Of a DNA stretch of 64,000 nt, positions 1-12,848 are shown piece after piece (the first letter of the stretch is position 1; every line of letters begins with the position of its first letter). The DNA comes from Strigamia acuminata. Lineage: Eukaryota. The notes below the pieces were generated by a model. It was not told where the DNA came from. It saw only the letters and a program-made list of their open reading frames with translations, and did no database searches. A program made the translations under genes and the position numbers. The stretch covers positions 15,996,001-16,060,000 of the forward strand of contig OX442314.1 of the NCBI GenBank assembly GCA_949358305.1. Direction: 5' to 3'.

Positions 1-1104
1 CTCAAAGCAGAGCTCGCCTCTCTGATCCTCATTTAATCCAAATCTGTTTTGGAAAACGGTCTTAAAATCTTCCCAAACAGTGAGAGTCGGCGCGAAATCG
101 TCATACCAGGTGGCAGCCACTCCTGTGAGGTATGAGGGAACACATTGAGTGATCGCCTCGTTCAGAGGGCAACCTTTATTTCGCGCTGCAGCGATTACAG
201 CGTCGATAAACAAATTACAGTCTGTAGGAGTGCCTTCTCCTGTGAAGCGGGGCACCTCCAAACCTTTGAAAGTGTAACGACGAGGGTCGTTCTGTGTAGA
301 ATTTGATTGATCATTGGGGGGAGGAGTACGATCTCGCTGTCGTCGCTGATCAGCTTGGTCAGCCTGGAAGGTTGTAAAACTTGTGGCTAGCTGCCTGATA
401 CTGTCAAACATATTAACTAACATATCATTCGAGACCGTAGAAGTACTAGAAGAATGCGAGCGGGCAGGGGACGTGTTTATTCGTCTACGAGGGTTTCCGT
501 GCGGAGTCGAATGGTTATGTAAATTGGGGTCAATAATACGTGGTGGAGTAGTGGGTCTAGGTTGATGGGTTGGTGTGTTTCCACCAGCATTAGCTTGTTG
601 ATTTAATGTGGCTTGTGCCTGAGCTTGGGCTAATGCTATCGCATCGGCTTGGGCTTTGGCTTGGGCATCCGTCTGAACTTTGGCTAATGCTAACGCATCG
701 GCTTGGGCTTGGGCTTGGGCATCCGCCTGAGCTTTGGCTTGAGCATCTGCCTGAGCTTTGGCCTGAGCATCTGCCTGAGCTTTGGCCTGAGCATCTGCCT
801 GAGCTTTGGCCTGAGCATCTGCCTGAGCTTTGGCCTGAGCATCTGCCTGAGCTTTGGCCTGAGCATCTGCCAAAATTTGTGCAGTTCTTGCAACAAAGTC
901 ATTAATATCTACGTAACTGGCGGGGTCTATTCCCACCAACACACCAAGATTCAGGAGAGCGGGCAAATCAACTGTCTGGGCGGCGCTGAGGTCCAAAGTA
1001 ACCTGCTGCCCTTGACTACCGCCGGCCTGAGGCTCGATATTACTCGAATTTAAATCACCAGGGGAAGTCACTACAGTGGGGTTCGTTTTATTACGGCCCG
1101 TCAT
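1..1104 (-). CDS. gag: Ty3/gypsy Gag (capsid), truncated by the window edge
   Basis: Manual translation from the ATG at 1104 is open to position 1: MTGRNKTNP...(AQAKAQAD)n...VPRFTGEG...[27 protein letters not shown]. This fits a retrotransposon capsid pattern. It is missing from the ORF track because it has no stop in the window. Confidence 0.85.
   Translation of the reverse strand, partial: MTGRNKTNPTVVTSPGDLNSSNIEPQAGGSQGQQVTLDLSAAQTVDLPALLNLGVLVGIDPASYVDINDFVARTAQILADAQAKAQADAQAKAQADAQAKAQADAQAKAQADAQAKAQADAQAKAQADAQAQAQADALALAKVQTDAQAKAQADAIALAQAQAQATLNQQANAGGNTPTHQPRPTTPPRIIDPNLHNHSTPHGNPRRRINTSPARSHSSSTSTVSNDMLVNMFDSIRQLATSFTTFQADQADQRRQRDRTPPPNDQSNSTQNDPRRYTFKGLEVPRFTGEGTPTDCNLFIDAVIAAARNKGCPLNEAITQCVPSYLTGVAATWYDDFAPTLTVWEDFKTVFQNRFGLNEDQRGELCFE
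720..872 (-). repeat. 24-bp tandem repeat inside gag, encoding AQAKAQAD
   Basis: The unit CTGAGCATCTGCCTGAGCTTTGGC repeats about 5-6 times, with degenerate copies extending to about 620. Confidence 0.95.
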
Positions 1105-2323
1105 TATTACCACGGATGTCAAAATTTAAGCTTTCAAATAATTATTTAAAACACTTTCCTTCCTCTTCTTGAATTATTTCTGATATTCTCAGAAAACTCA
1201 AGCGATAAATGGATCAAGTCTAAAATTGATCGGTACACAATGGAATTCCTAAATTCAAGCGAATTCAAGAAGCTTATGATTCTAGTGCAAAATATCAAAA
1301 CGTCTCAACAATACTAACAATTACTTTTCTCGTGATAGAAAATGTCAAAATGAAATTTGCCTACCGTCGGTGGAGAGTTCGAATCGGATTGCGGGAGTCG
1401 TCTAAGGTTTGCAGTGTTTCAGCTTTTCAGGTAAGTGGTCGTCTGGTACACGTGGGTATGCAGAAGAAGTACTTCGAGAAGTGAACAGAATCGAGGGAAA
1501 ACTAGGGTTTTATAACTTTGATATTTACAAAGGAAATAATTATTTGGCAGACATAGGATTATGTTAATGGCAATAATTGCCTGTCTGGCGACGTTGAGTC
1601 GGCACAGGGAAAGTTTGGCATAAAGGACAGGAACTTGAAACAATAGGGATTAGGGTTTCACAAGATGGTGCTACAAATTTTTAGTTAGAGCAATTATCCA
1701 GAAATATGTTTGAAGTTTGAAGAATGTAAGGTTTCAAGATGTTAATCCAATTTAATTATTGAACATAAGAGAAGAAATTAATTTTAATGTCGTTTTGTTA
1801 GGAAATATAATTTTATTTTTAATTCTAATACTTATTTTTATGAAAAGCAAGGAATGTGAAAGTAAATGTCAGGAGAATCCTTTATCAAAAGAATCCTTGA
1901 AAGTAGTTATGGGGAAATGAGTATTTATTCATAGTGAAATGTTTAATTTGTAGAGTATTTTTAGTTTGTATAATTGGTTAAAGCTGGGGTCTTTGACTTG
2001 TAAACCCAGTAGGTGGTTGAGGGGTGAGCGGCAAAGAAGGAAGGGGAAAGGTCGTTAAGTGGTAGCCTTAGGCTGGCTGACCAACATCTGTTCCTTGGCA
2101 CACTTCAACCTATTTTTTACACACACTGAAAAATACACTTTATACACAAATTAATACACAAAACCCATAAATTTAGATTTTAAAACACTATAATTAATGA
2201 AAACATTTAAGACTCTTTGATTTTCAAACAAAAAATCAAATATCATATTTTCGCAATTTTTCAAAATTGCACCAGATTGATCTATCAATTTGAATATGCA
2301 AATTAACTACTTAATTATGCACA

Positions 2324-2340
2324 TCCTGTCGCGGACGCCA
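2324..2340 (-). promoter_or_regulatory. Primer-binding site, tRNA-Arg-like
   Basis: The minus strand reads TGGCGTCCGCGACAGGA 2 nt after the LTR end. It resembles the complement of a tRNA-Arg 3' end (TGGCGACCGTGACAG type). Confidence 0.7.
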
Positions 2341-2342
2341 CT

Positions 2343-4474
2343 TGTGACGGAATAAAATTAGGCATGGATATATAATTAGTATAATATGAAGGAATAACTA
2401 AGGGGTAAAGTTAGGCTGTACTGCAATGGCAATTACAGTAAGGCGGGAAAGGAATCTCTTGAGTGACGTGAGTCACTTGAGAGGTAAAGGGGGTCGCTGG
2501 CAAGTGACCACAAATAATCTAGAGGCTAGACAGGTACAAAACAGTGAGATAACATAAATAAATGGAGAATAAATATCTGACTTCGTGAAATATGCGACAT
2601 ATAAATTGATAGATGAATGTAGTTAACTATGAATAATATTGAGCCAACACAAGTGTGTAAACTATAATAAAGCTAATTTATTAGCGAGTCCAAATGATCA
2701 TTAAACCATAATCCAAAATACATACATATATACAAATACACAAGCGCTATAAACAAGGCCTCCAATAATCATTGGGGTAATACAAAGACATATCAAAAGG
2801 TAAATACGCTGACAAAACTAGAGCATTGGGAGGCATGAAGAATTCATGGCCCAAGGCAAAAGGGGGACTTGAACAGGAGTGAAAGAGAAGCGCTCTTTTA
2901 ATTACGCTGAAACTGTAGTTTAAGGGGATTAAAAGGGGACATTTAAAATGGCGGCTCAATCGAGGCTTTGATTGCAATTCGGTTCGGTGTGGCTTTAATA
3001 ACGATGTCGTCACAAATAATGCATTGACTTTGAAGAAAGCCAATGCTGCCTAAAACTTAATTGTTCAATTAAAGCAAGAGCTAAAACAAGAGTGTAAACT
3101 CTTGATTAAGCGGTTTGGTGGGTGAAAGACCCAAGAGTTGGCTATGAGAATGGCAACATGTCATTGAATAGGCCTAACCAAGAGTAGAGCAGTTCTGCTA
3201 AACCAGAGGTTCACATTGACTGGATACATCATTTAATGGCTAGGTTCTTGGCTAACAAGTGCAAGGGGTTTGTGAGCGAGTGCTCGAGACAGAGAAAGAC
3301 AACTACACATATTTAGGTGTAACTCAGATTGCTCTGAGTTCAAATGTCTATGCGTAACAACTTTCAGGAGAAGGCTGACTAGCGCATTTAGGACTAAGCA
3401 TAAATGCAAAGTAATGCTACGCCATTGAGAACCATAGCAAAGGTAAGGGAAGTTACTATTAAATTAATAGCAAGTTCTTATAGCAAGTAGAAGGATTGAT
3501 TGACTAACAATGGACAACAAAAGGACTAAGCCGAACTAATAAATCTCCCTCAACTTAGCAACAATTGACCACTTCAATGGGAATCCACTGAAGTAATTCT
3601 AATTACCAATTTGAGAGCAATAAATGAAATAAGGCTTACCAGTACTTTGATTCCGCGGTCCAGGGTCATTGAATCCAGTGTCAAAAGGGTTGTGGAATTT
3701 TGGCGGGAAAATCCACCAACAAAGCCAGGGCGGCAAAGTTGGAGTAGAGGCAACAAAACCTATCTTTTCTCCTTCATCTTCACCTCCATTGCCATCCTAC
3801 TTCCCCCAGCTGTCAACTGCAGGAAGTTTTACATCTCAACCCAGTAATCGAATACCAAATAGGCTCGGATGTTGCTCGTAGGGCAACCAACTAAAGCGAG
3901 ATAGTGCGTCAAAACCTTGACGCACAACATAAGTCAAAACCAAAGGCAAGAACAAAATGTGTAAAGTCAAAATATATGGGCAAAATCTGTGTAGGAAGCT
4001 TTGAACAAAGCTTATATAGACAAACCAAACAATACCTCATTGGAATGGAACCAATGGGGTAAATAGACCAATGACAAATGAGAGCTATCTCATTAGTATG
4101 AAGCGGGAAAGCTTCACAAAGCAAATACCTCATTAGAATGTAAACAAGGAGGAGTGCATAAGGGGTCAAGAGTTCTCTTGGCCTTTGCAAGGTCACTCTC
4201 TCTAATGTTTAGAAACAACACAAGGGGAAGTAAACAACATAGTCGCTCAGTCTTGGCTTCACTGTATAGTGACTCAATCAAGATGGCGACTGGTGCAATA
4301 ACACACTATAAACTGTAAGAAAATGCTTATGGCCGTGAGCCAGTGGCTCACTTATAGCGCCTAGGACTCATATAATATAAAAGTAAATTAAAGAATTCAA
4401 CTTAAAACCTTGAATTAAATATAAATAGTTTTATTTATCTTTAACCAAAACTACGGTATTTTGGTACCGTCACA
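2343..4474 (-). mobile_element. 5' LTR (2132 bp) of the gypsy element
   Basis: Bounded by the 8-bp inverted termini TGTGACGG (2343-2350) and CCGTCACA (4467-4474). It abuts the PBS. Confidence 0.8.
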
Positions 4475-5108
4475 ACTTCATAATGATTAATGAACAATCT
4501 GGATGTACATATCATGAGTTTTTAAAGAACTGTATTCGAATATTTAAAACATTTGATATTAGATTAAATTCTAAAAAATTTCTGTCAATCGTACCGTTTA
4601 TTTCTCAATCTTAAGTGTGTACACATCGATTCAATCTTCATAAAAATGCAGCAGCTTTTAGAAACGTTTTGTCACTAGATGGCATAAGAAGGCCCTATAT
4701 TCATCCGTGTACATCCCAACCGAGCATCCAACTCATCAGTGTACATCTAAAGTTGATACCTGTATCTGTGACTCGTACCTTCCCAAACAGGAACGAAGCT
4801 ACCAAGTGCTGCTCATTGGTAAGGCAGTGATCACTGTTCACGGCCACCAGACAGTTACAAAAGTATGAAAAACTTGAATGTTACCATAAAATCCATTTTT
4901 TTATTCACTGAAGCCCATAAGAGAAAAAAAGATCAGCCCACCAGCCACAGTAAACTTAGCGAATACATATATGGCCCAGCCTACAGAAGGAGCAATTAAA
5001 AAGTTCTTTGTAATTAGCATAAGGTGAGGATGTAATTGTGTCTATTATTTATTTATAGTAAGTATAATAGTACTAAACCAGTGCTCGACTAAACCAGTCG
5101 AGTATTAT

Positions 5109-5495
5109 GGGTACCCGTTCCAACGGCGAATCACCTAAGGGCGAATTTCCAAAATTTGCCATTGGAAAGCTATCTTGACGTTTCCAATGGCGAGTCTGGG
5201 AAAATTCGCCATTGGAAACGTGTATATTGAAATTCGCCATTGGAAACGTTATTTGCGTTGGTGCAAAACCATTTTTTTGGGATGGCTTGTTGCGGCAGAT
5301 TTATGTCGCGCTAGATGTGCGCTCCTGTGGCTAATTTCTACCAATTCGCCATTAGAAAGGTCCAAATACGTTCCCAATGGCGAATCGGAAGAAATTTGCC
5401 ATTGGGGCTGTTTTGGACAGAATAAGATAGAAATTTGCCATTCGTTCGAATGACCAGATTCGCCCTTAGACGATTCACCGTTGGAACGGTACCCC
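5109..5495. mobile_element. MITE with about 37-bp TIRs
   Basis: GGGTACCCGTTCCAACGGCGAATCACCTAAGGGCGAA ... TTCGCCCTTAGACGATTCACCGTTGGAACGGTACCC, with internal repeats of TTCGCCATTGGAAA. Confidence 0.8.
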
Positions 5496-5504
5496 TTCTT
5501 GCAG

Positions 5505-5599
5505 TGTCAGGACAATTAACTTCTGAAGTCAACTCGCTGTTAATGTCAGTTATGATTGTATTTACAATGACCTTCAGTGGCTCCAAAAAGATATCGTAA
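5505..5599 (+). pseudogene. Orphan terminal exon of the Ig/GPI-like gene family
   Basis: An acceptor (ttcttgcag) is followed by an exon encoding (V)SGQLTSEVNSLLMSVMIVFTMTFSGSKKIS*. It is an inverted paralog of 8420-8514, and no upstream exons are visible. Confidence 0.7.
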
Positions 5600-5965
5600 A
5601 CAAATATACTGTACTTACAAAACTAGTTACCACTTAATTTATCCAAAGAAAATTAATGACTACCGTAATACTCCATTGCATTATAATTATAAATTTTAAA
5701 AGAATGGGCTTTGTAAATATTGATTGAAATGGAAATCAGTAAAAAGCCTGAAATTGCTTATTTAATCCACGTTATTTCCGCTGAAAATTTCGCTAGAAAT
5801 TATTTTCATCTAACGTTTATAACGAATCAAAAAGGGCTATGAATTATACCGCATAATTTATTTTTCTTATGTATTTTTACAGTAAACTGATACAATTAAA
5901 CAGTGCGCGCTTCATTTCAATTTTTTCTCAGGATAAAAAAAAGTAGTTCGCGTGGCAATTTTGTT

Positions 5966-7362
5966 TTAATGTATTTTCTGGAAGGTACTGAAGGTGAATG
6001 CAAACATCGTCATAACCGATAAGAAGAAAGTGTTGATTTTGTGAGACATTTGCCCATTTACTGCAAAAAAAAATAGTTTTTAAAATATCGTTAAATTAAT
6101 TTAATTACTCACCTCGATACTCAACAGGTGATGAAGGGGTGTAAAAGGTTTGACCAGAATCCTGTGCTAGGCATTGAATTTGACCATTTTTAATCCGTTG
6201 GGGAAACGTTAATTTAACACTTGGAGTAGTAAAAACACCAAATATTGTACCAGTGCTGACATTAACCCATTGATAAGAAATCGGTTTCATAGTGTCTACG
6301 GTTTTGCAAGTTAAGCTTTTCGTACGATTTACTCTGAAAATTATTGGAGACGAGGGGGTGTCGATCCACACTAATACATCTATAATAAAACGAATTTAAA
6401 CAACATTTTATTCAAATCTATCTGCTTTTGTAGGACGATGAAGATTTGATTTTTTTGACTTTATATGAGATGAACCATTATTTTTCTTTCTTACCTGGAT
6501 TAACTAAAATAGAAAAAATAGAAATCATTTTTATGCCGAACACCGAAATTTGTTTTACTCACCTTGATATGGAACATATTTTGAAGGGGTGTAATACGCA
6601 TCACCGCGGTCTCTTACTCTACATTGAATTAAACCGTCTTTGACCTTATTTTTAAAAACGAATTTCGTATCGGGAAAATCTGAAGTTGCCAATACTTTGG
6701 CATTGCGGACATCAATCCATTGATAAGAAATCGGATATGTAAATCCTTTGGTCTTGCAGGTTAATGTTTTCACATGATTTACTTTAAAATTTATAGGGGA
6801 ACTATTGCTAATCCACACTTGCTTGTCCCTGGAACCTTAAAAACGAATTTAATCAAAACAATGAAATTCGATTGAAATCAATTTTTTCTTACCACTTGAT
6901 TTGGCTGGAAAAAAAATGGAAATTAATTTTTGTGAATATTGTTTATTGTTGTATGTGGTGAAAAGAACTTACCGTAAAATGAAACCTTTGTAGAATTATA
7001 AAACCGATTCTCTTGTCGACCTTTTGCTTGGCATACGATATAACCAGTTTGCGGTACAAAGAATGTTATTGCTAATTGTGAGTGGTTTGAATTTGGAAAA
7101 GTGTAATTCGAACCAGCTTGTATAACCGACCATTGGAACGTAATAGGTGGTTTGACATTTTCTGCAGCACACGTCATGATTCTTGGTTTATTTACTGTAA
7201 ATTCAACTGGGGGAGGATCTTTAATGTAAACGTTGATGCCTGAAAATATTAAAAACAAAAATGTAATACCGGTAAATGAAAACCGAAAAAAAGCGTCAAA
7301 TCCAATATTTACTCACCAAAACAACCAACGAAGAGGCTGAAAATTACTGTCGAAGAGAACAT
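5966..7362 (-). CDS. IgSF gene A: signal peptide, 3 Ig domains, hydrophobic GPI-like C-terminus
   Basis: Exons 7317-7362, 6973-7239, 6893-6904, 6563-6835, 6495-6503, 6113-6379, 5966-6060 are all GT-AG, phase 1 and in frame. Each large exon has an Ig C...W...C pattern. Confidence 0.8.
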
Positions 7363-8419
7363 TTTATAGGTAAGTGTACTGTAAAAGAAAGCAAGTACTT
7401 TAATGTAATAAAAGAAATCAAGTGTACTGTTAAATTCTTATCAAAAACTGATTAGTGATTACTGTAGCGGGGGTGGTATCTCGGTACAAGGAACAATAAA
7501 AACGAATGACTTTTCAAAAAATAATCTTGTTTAAAAAAATAATTAAAGCGACAGCCGGAAGTTTTGTAGCAAATATTTTAAATTTTTTCTGAAAAAAGTA
7601 GAAAAAATGAATTATTCAGAAAGATGCCATCAAACAGAAAGTTATAAATAATTTCAAAAATAGTATTTAAATTAAGTATCATGATTTACCGAAAATGTTA
7701 GCACATTCGTATAATTTTTACTTGATTTACCTTTTTTGCAACGACGATTCTTAAAAAGCGTAAACACACACTTACTCATCATTTCTATTTCCATGTGATG
7801 AAACACCTGTATGTACATAACATGCGTTTTTAAATTGCTGTTTTCGAATATTTAAAATATTTGATTTTAAATTAAATTTTAATTTTTTTCTGTCTACCAT
7901 TTCTTTTTTCCCTCAATTTTGAGTTTACTTCAATCAATTCATTCGTTATTACAAAAAATCAGGAAATTTTTAGAAACGTTTTGTCACTAGATGGCATAAG
8001 AAGGCATCAAACTCGTCAATGCACATCCGCTGCTTCGTATCTAAAGTTAACACTTCGATTGGAATTAAGTTATTTGAGTGTAAGTGACTGACAGCTCCAA
8101 GAGAGATGGAGCTGTTCAGAATTGCTCATTGGTGAGGCAGTGAACACTGTCCACCAGACAGTCACAAAAGGATGAAAATCTTTAAGTGTTATCATAAAAT
8201 CCATGACATTTTTATTCATTCAAGCCCAATGGAGAAAAACGATTACCTCAATACACAGAAGGACCTATATAATTCAAAGTCGTAAATGTGATTATGCCAA
8301 TTTTTTATTTCACGTAAATGTTAAACTACTAAACCAAAATTTAGTAAACCCGAGTACTAGTCACTATTTTTTTTGAATAAATTAAGTGGTAACTAGTTTT
8401 GTAAGTACAGTATATTTGT

Positions 8420-9497
8420 TTACGATATCTTTTTGGAGACACTAAAGGTCATTGCAAACACAATCATAACTGTCATTAATAGCGAGTTGACTTCATTAGT
8501 TAATTGTCCTGACACTGCAAGAAAAATAATAAAAAGCAGTGTTTAAGTAATTTCGAAAATTTATCTTTCGATGAAATTAGTAGTAAAATAATTAAACAAC
8601 AGAAGTATATAACTGCTGGTAAATTTCTCAGGACAGTATCACAAACTACCACATTCATATTTTATACTTCTGTTTGAATATTTATTTACCACAGTACTAA
8701 TACCGGTTTTTCTCACCTTGATAAGAAACATATTGAGAAGGAGTGAAAAACGAATCACCACGATCCCTTACTCTACATTGAATTATACCATGCTTAACCT
8801 TTTTTTTAAAAACGAATTTCACATCGGGAAAGTCTGATGTTGCCAACAAGACGACATTGCGGACATCAATCCATTGATAAGAAATCGGGTATTTAAATCC
8901 TTTGGTCTTGCAGGTTAATTTTTTCGCATGATTTACTTTAAAATTTATAGGGGAACTGTTGCTAATCCACACTTCCTTGTCACTGGAACCTTAAAAACGA
9001 ATTTAATCAAAACAATGTTTCGATAGAAATCAGTTTTGTTCTTACTACTTGATTTGACTGAAATAAAAAATTGAAATTAATTTTTATGAATGTCGTTTAT
9101 TGTTGTATGTGCTTAAAAGAACTTACCGTAAAATGAAACCTTTGTAGAATTATAAAAACGATTATCATATCGACCTTTTGCTTGGCATACGATATAACCA
9201 GTTTGCGGTGCATGGAATTTAATTTCTAATTGTGAGTGGTTTGAATTTGGAAATGTGTAATTTGAACCAGCTTGTATAACCGACCATTGGAACGTAATAG
9301 GTGGTTGGAATTTCTCTGCAACACAACTGAGCTTTTTTCCTTTATCAACTTTAAATTTTACCGGTGGCTTATTTTCTATGTGCACTTTGGAGCCTGACAA
9401 TATGAAAAGGTATAAAACTTAAAACAAGGTGTTCAATTTCTCATTACTTACTAAAACAACCAATAAAGAGGCAGAACATTAAACTTACGAATAACAT
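8420..9497 (-). CDS. IgSF gene B: signal peptide, 2 Ig domains, GPI-like C-terminus (paralog of A)
   Basis: Exons 9452-9497, 9127-9393, 9046-9057, 8717-8989, 8420-8514. The Ig exons are highly similar to those of gene A. Confidence 0.8.
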
Positions 9498-10087
9498 CTT
9501 GAGTTTTCTGGAAATAAAGCAAATTGTTTGAACAAATTAACGAAGAATTAATTAAAAATCTTAAAACTATTTTTACTTTTTACCTAGAATCGATATATAC
9601 ACGTTCGTGTTTTATTTACCTCGCATGATTTTTCACTACTCCGCCAAATACCTGCATACAAAGTAAAAGCACATGATCGCACTTCCGCTTCAATGTTTAT
9701 TTTTGGAATATAATGCACAACCGGTAGCTAGATGTGATAACATTTCTAAATTATTCGAATATGCTGTATATATATATATATATATTATATATTATTATCT
9801 CAATTTTGTTTTTATTTCCTGTATTGTTATTGCACGGGTGGGTGCTTGGCAAGAAGTTATAAAATTATATGCTGTGGCCTCGTCTGTGGATGAGAAAGCT
9901 GCTCGTCAGTACGCACGAAAAACCACACGGACAAATTAATGAAAAACATCTAATCAAAGATTAAATATTGCTTTAATGTTTTATCACAAATCGTATCGTA
10001 CAAGTTTACTGCCATTTTGATTTACAGTACATTAAATTTTATGATGCCATTTAAAGGATTTTTTTAATATGATTTTAAGTTACGTCA

Positions 10088-10382
10088 TCATTGGAAACAA
10101 AGTCCATATCTTTCACCAGAAACATGGTTACACTCTCCTACAAAAAAAGAACTACTTTAACAACTTTTAATTTTAATTACATTTTAATGTGATATTACCA
10201 GCTCCGGCATCACAAGGACAGAATGCATGATAGTAACCACCCTTAAGTTGCCCTGTTGTGCATTTTTCACCTAATTGACTTATTGGAGCGCACACCCTCT
10301 TCTTCGAGTCAGATTGGATTACGCAACATCCACTTTGGCAGTCTGGGTTGAATTTACACAAGTTTCCATTTTCCCGTGGCGA
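10088..10382 (-). CDS. Cys-rich colipase/prokineticin (astakine-like) fold peptide, exons 2-3
   Basis: Exons 10199-10382 and 10088-10137 encode SPRENGNLCKFNPDCQSGCCVIQSDSKKRVCAPISQLGEKCTTGQLKGGYYHAFCPCDAGAGECNHVSGERYGLCFQ*, with 10 Cys including CC and CPC motifs. Confidence 0.75.
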
Positions 10383-10772
10383 CTAATAATAAGAAATAAG
10401 ACATGTGAGTGTTATACGTCGTTCGCAATAGTGACCATCTACACTAGTTTTTGTTACAATTGATGTCGCTAATTAGAGCTAGAATTGCTATCGATACGCC
10501 ATAAATTATTTGCACACTATTTATTCTTCCCTTTCCACTAAAAATGATTTAATTCCACACTACTTTTTTCTACACTATTTATTCTTTTTCACACACTGTA
10601 AATTACTTAATTCCGCACTAATGTTTAAAATTGTGCCAACAGTGCCTTTTTGGCCTTAGATGGCCTACCTAGTTCCCGGTACTGTAATTCTGTTTGATTA
10701 TTTGACGTAATATTATGAGAATGAAGGCGACATTACCGGTATTTTGTAAAAGCAATCACTAAATAAAATTAC

Positions 10773-10880
10773 CTTGACAATATTATCATCTTCAGAATTT
10801 TGCGGAAAATTGTTTTCACGTACAATTTGTGTAGTGAAAAGAAACACTTAAGTCCAAAACCAATATAAAAATTCCTTCGT
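10773..10880 (-). pseudogene. Decayed signal-peptide exon of the Cys-rich peptide gene
   Basis: Phase-0 donor at 10773, ACG at the expected start position (10878-10880) and an in-frame TAA (10848-10850). The TQI motif is shared with 12849-12971. Confidence 0.5.
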
Positions 10881-11315
10881 TTAATTGCAATGGATAAACT
10901 GAGAAAAAGACCTAGATTACAATAGGTTTTGAACAGCCATCCATAATGTAACCAACTAACTGGACGTACAGCAACTGTAACTAATCATTTGGTATATTCT
11001 GTTTAATCGACATACCAAAGCCTAATTGCGCTTTTAACCGCTTTTAATTTTGGCAGTTTTCCCGAAAATGATTTACCACAGACTGCTGTAAAGTTTTGTT
11101 GATGGTCTGTCTGTGCTGAACTAATCTAGAAGTTTTGCAGCTGGAACATCTTTACAACCACTTTAAAATTTGATGCAGTTTCACCGACATACTAGTGGTG
11201 CTGAGGCATCATTGATGTCAAATAATTGAAAATAAATCATTGATAAGAAGCAATGGAAACTAAACACATTTCATTAGTATTTACTGAGCTGTCTCATGAT
11301 TTTTCTGCACTCGTG

Positions 11316-11530
11316 GAGTTGAGTATCATGATTCCCAGAGTTGAGTGTCATGATTCCCAGAGTTGAGTGTCATGATTCCCAGAGTTGAGTGTCATGATTC
11401 CCAGAGTTGAGTATCATGATTCCCAGAGTTGAGTGTCATGATTCCCAGAGTTGAGTATCATGATTCCTACACATGAGTATCATAATTTTCAGAGTTGAGT
11501 GTCACGATTTCCCAGAGATCAGTATCATGG
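11316..11530. repeat. 22-bp minisatellite
   Basis: The unit GAGTTGAGT(G/A)TCATGATTCCCA occurs about 7 times with good identity, plus decayed copies. Confidence 0.95.
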
Positions 11531-11906
11531 TTCTCAATTCGATTACGATATCAATCAATCGTGACCTTGAGGATGACATTTTGGAACATTATTGCATTTG
11601 CAACCCTTAACTTCTTACAACTTCAAATTCTGAATATTTGCAATAATTTTGAGAATCTTTGGAATTCTCTGCAGTCTTTTCGGTCAAGTTGTCTCTTGCC
11701 TGTGTTTAAATCGATGAACGGTAATCACGTCAATGCAAAGGTGCATTATAAAAATTACATTATACATTAAGGCACGCGTAGTACGATACTTAATAAACCA
11801 AATTGATAAAATATACACGTTTTTATTGCTGAAAAAAGAAGTATTGCACAGTAGTTGTTTAAGTTGCGCTTTCTTTCTTTGTAGAGCTTCATCGTGAAAT
11901 TTCGAT

Positions 11907-11955
11907 ACAAGCGACTAAGAACACAAGCGACTAAGGACACAAGCGACTAAGGACA
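11907..11955. repeat. 16-bp tandem repeat, 3 copies
   Basis: ACAAGCGACTAAG(A/G)AC repeated. Confidence 0.9.
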
Positions 11956-12848
11956 GCATTCCGATCGAACTTCGATCAGCAGAATAAAAACGTATCTTTA
12001 AAGTTTAAAAAAATACGGAGTAAATGTTTTGCAAGTTAAGAACTACCTGCCGAAGATACGTTCAAATGTTAAAGCAGACCTAGGTGACTTTGGAAAATAT
12101 CTTTACAATCAATGAATTTGGATATATTAGGGACTAATTTTGTAATTTTGTTGCACTGAAACAATGTTTATTCCCCGGATGATCACGAGAGAACTGAAAA
12201 TTAGCTAACAACTCGAAGTCACCCAGGCAGCATGCGCAAAATAATTATTAACAGTTATTAAAAATTTGACTCAAATTATGTATTGAAATACCAGCAGGGA
12301 AGCAGACAAATGGAACAAAAAGTACTACACTGTAAGTACGGTAAGCTTAATTGAATTTCGACGTCTACGGTATGTACTGCACTTATGAAAGGTTCAGGTT
12401 AACGGGACATCTTTTGCTCGAATAGTCACAACCTTGATCACCTGGCTTGTTCGGTGTGTGGACTAATCCATTCTGTGGCTAAGGTGCCAAGAGAAATAGT
12501 ATAAATTTCACATAAATATCATGGCACATGTTTTTGAAATAACCTTTACAACGTTTAAATTTTACGACTGAAATCAATTGAATTTAAAACACCAAACAAA
12601 AGTTAAATCAAACATCGTACAATATATTTTTTCTTACTACTAGATCCAGATATATCAATTTCTGACCGCTTAACATGATCTGAGGTCATTACACTCTCCA
12701 ATTAGCAAATTCCGACTCCCAAACACTTTTTAAAATTGATGTTTGAGGTCGTGCTTATTTTAATTTGTTTGTGCAGACCAACGATCCACGCACATTAGAA
12801 ACTTTCCTAAAACAAATGGCTAAATAAAATGATTGCTGTATACCGTAC

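Noticed and set aside
606..1053. Repetitive ORFs ([24 protein letters not shown])
   Set aside because: They are alternative frames of the 24-bp repeat. The frame continuous with the capsid domain is the minus-strand AQAKAQAD frame.
4660..4820. Possible + strand exon (KRFVTRWHKK...) duplicated near 7974-8131
   Set aside because: The copies differ by indels and no flanking exons or protein family are recognisable.
11316..11530. CRISPR-like appearance of the regular repeats
   Set aside because: The units are contiguous with no unique spacers, the context is eukaryotic and there are no cas genes.
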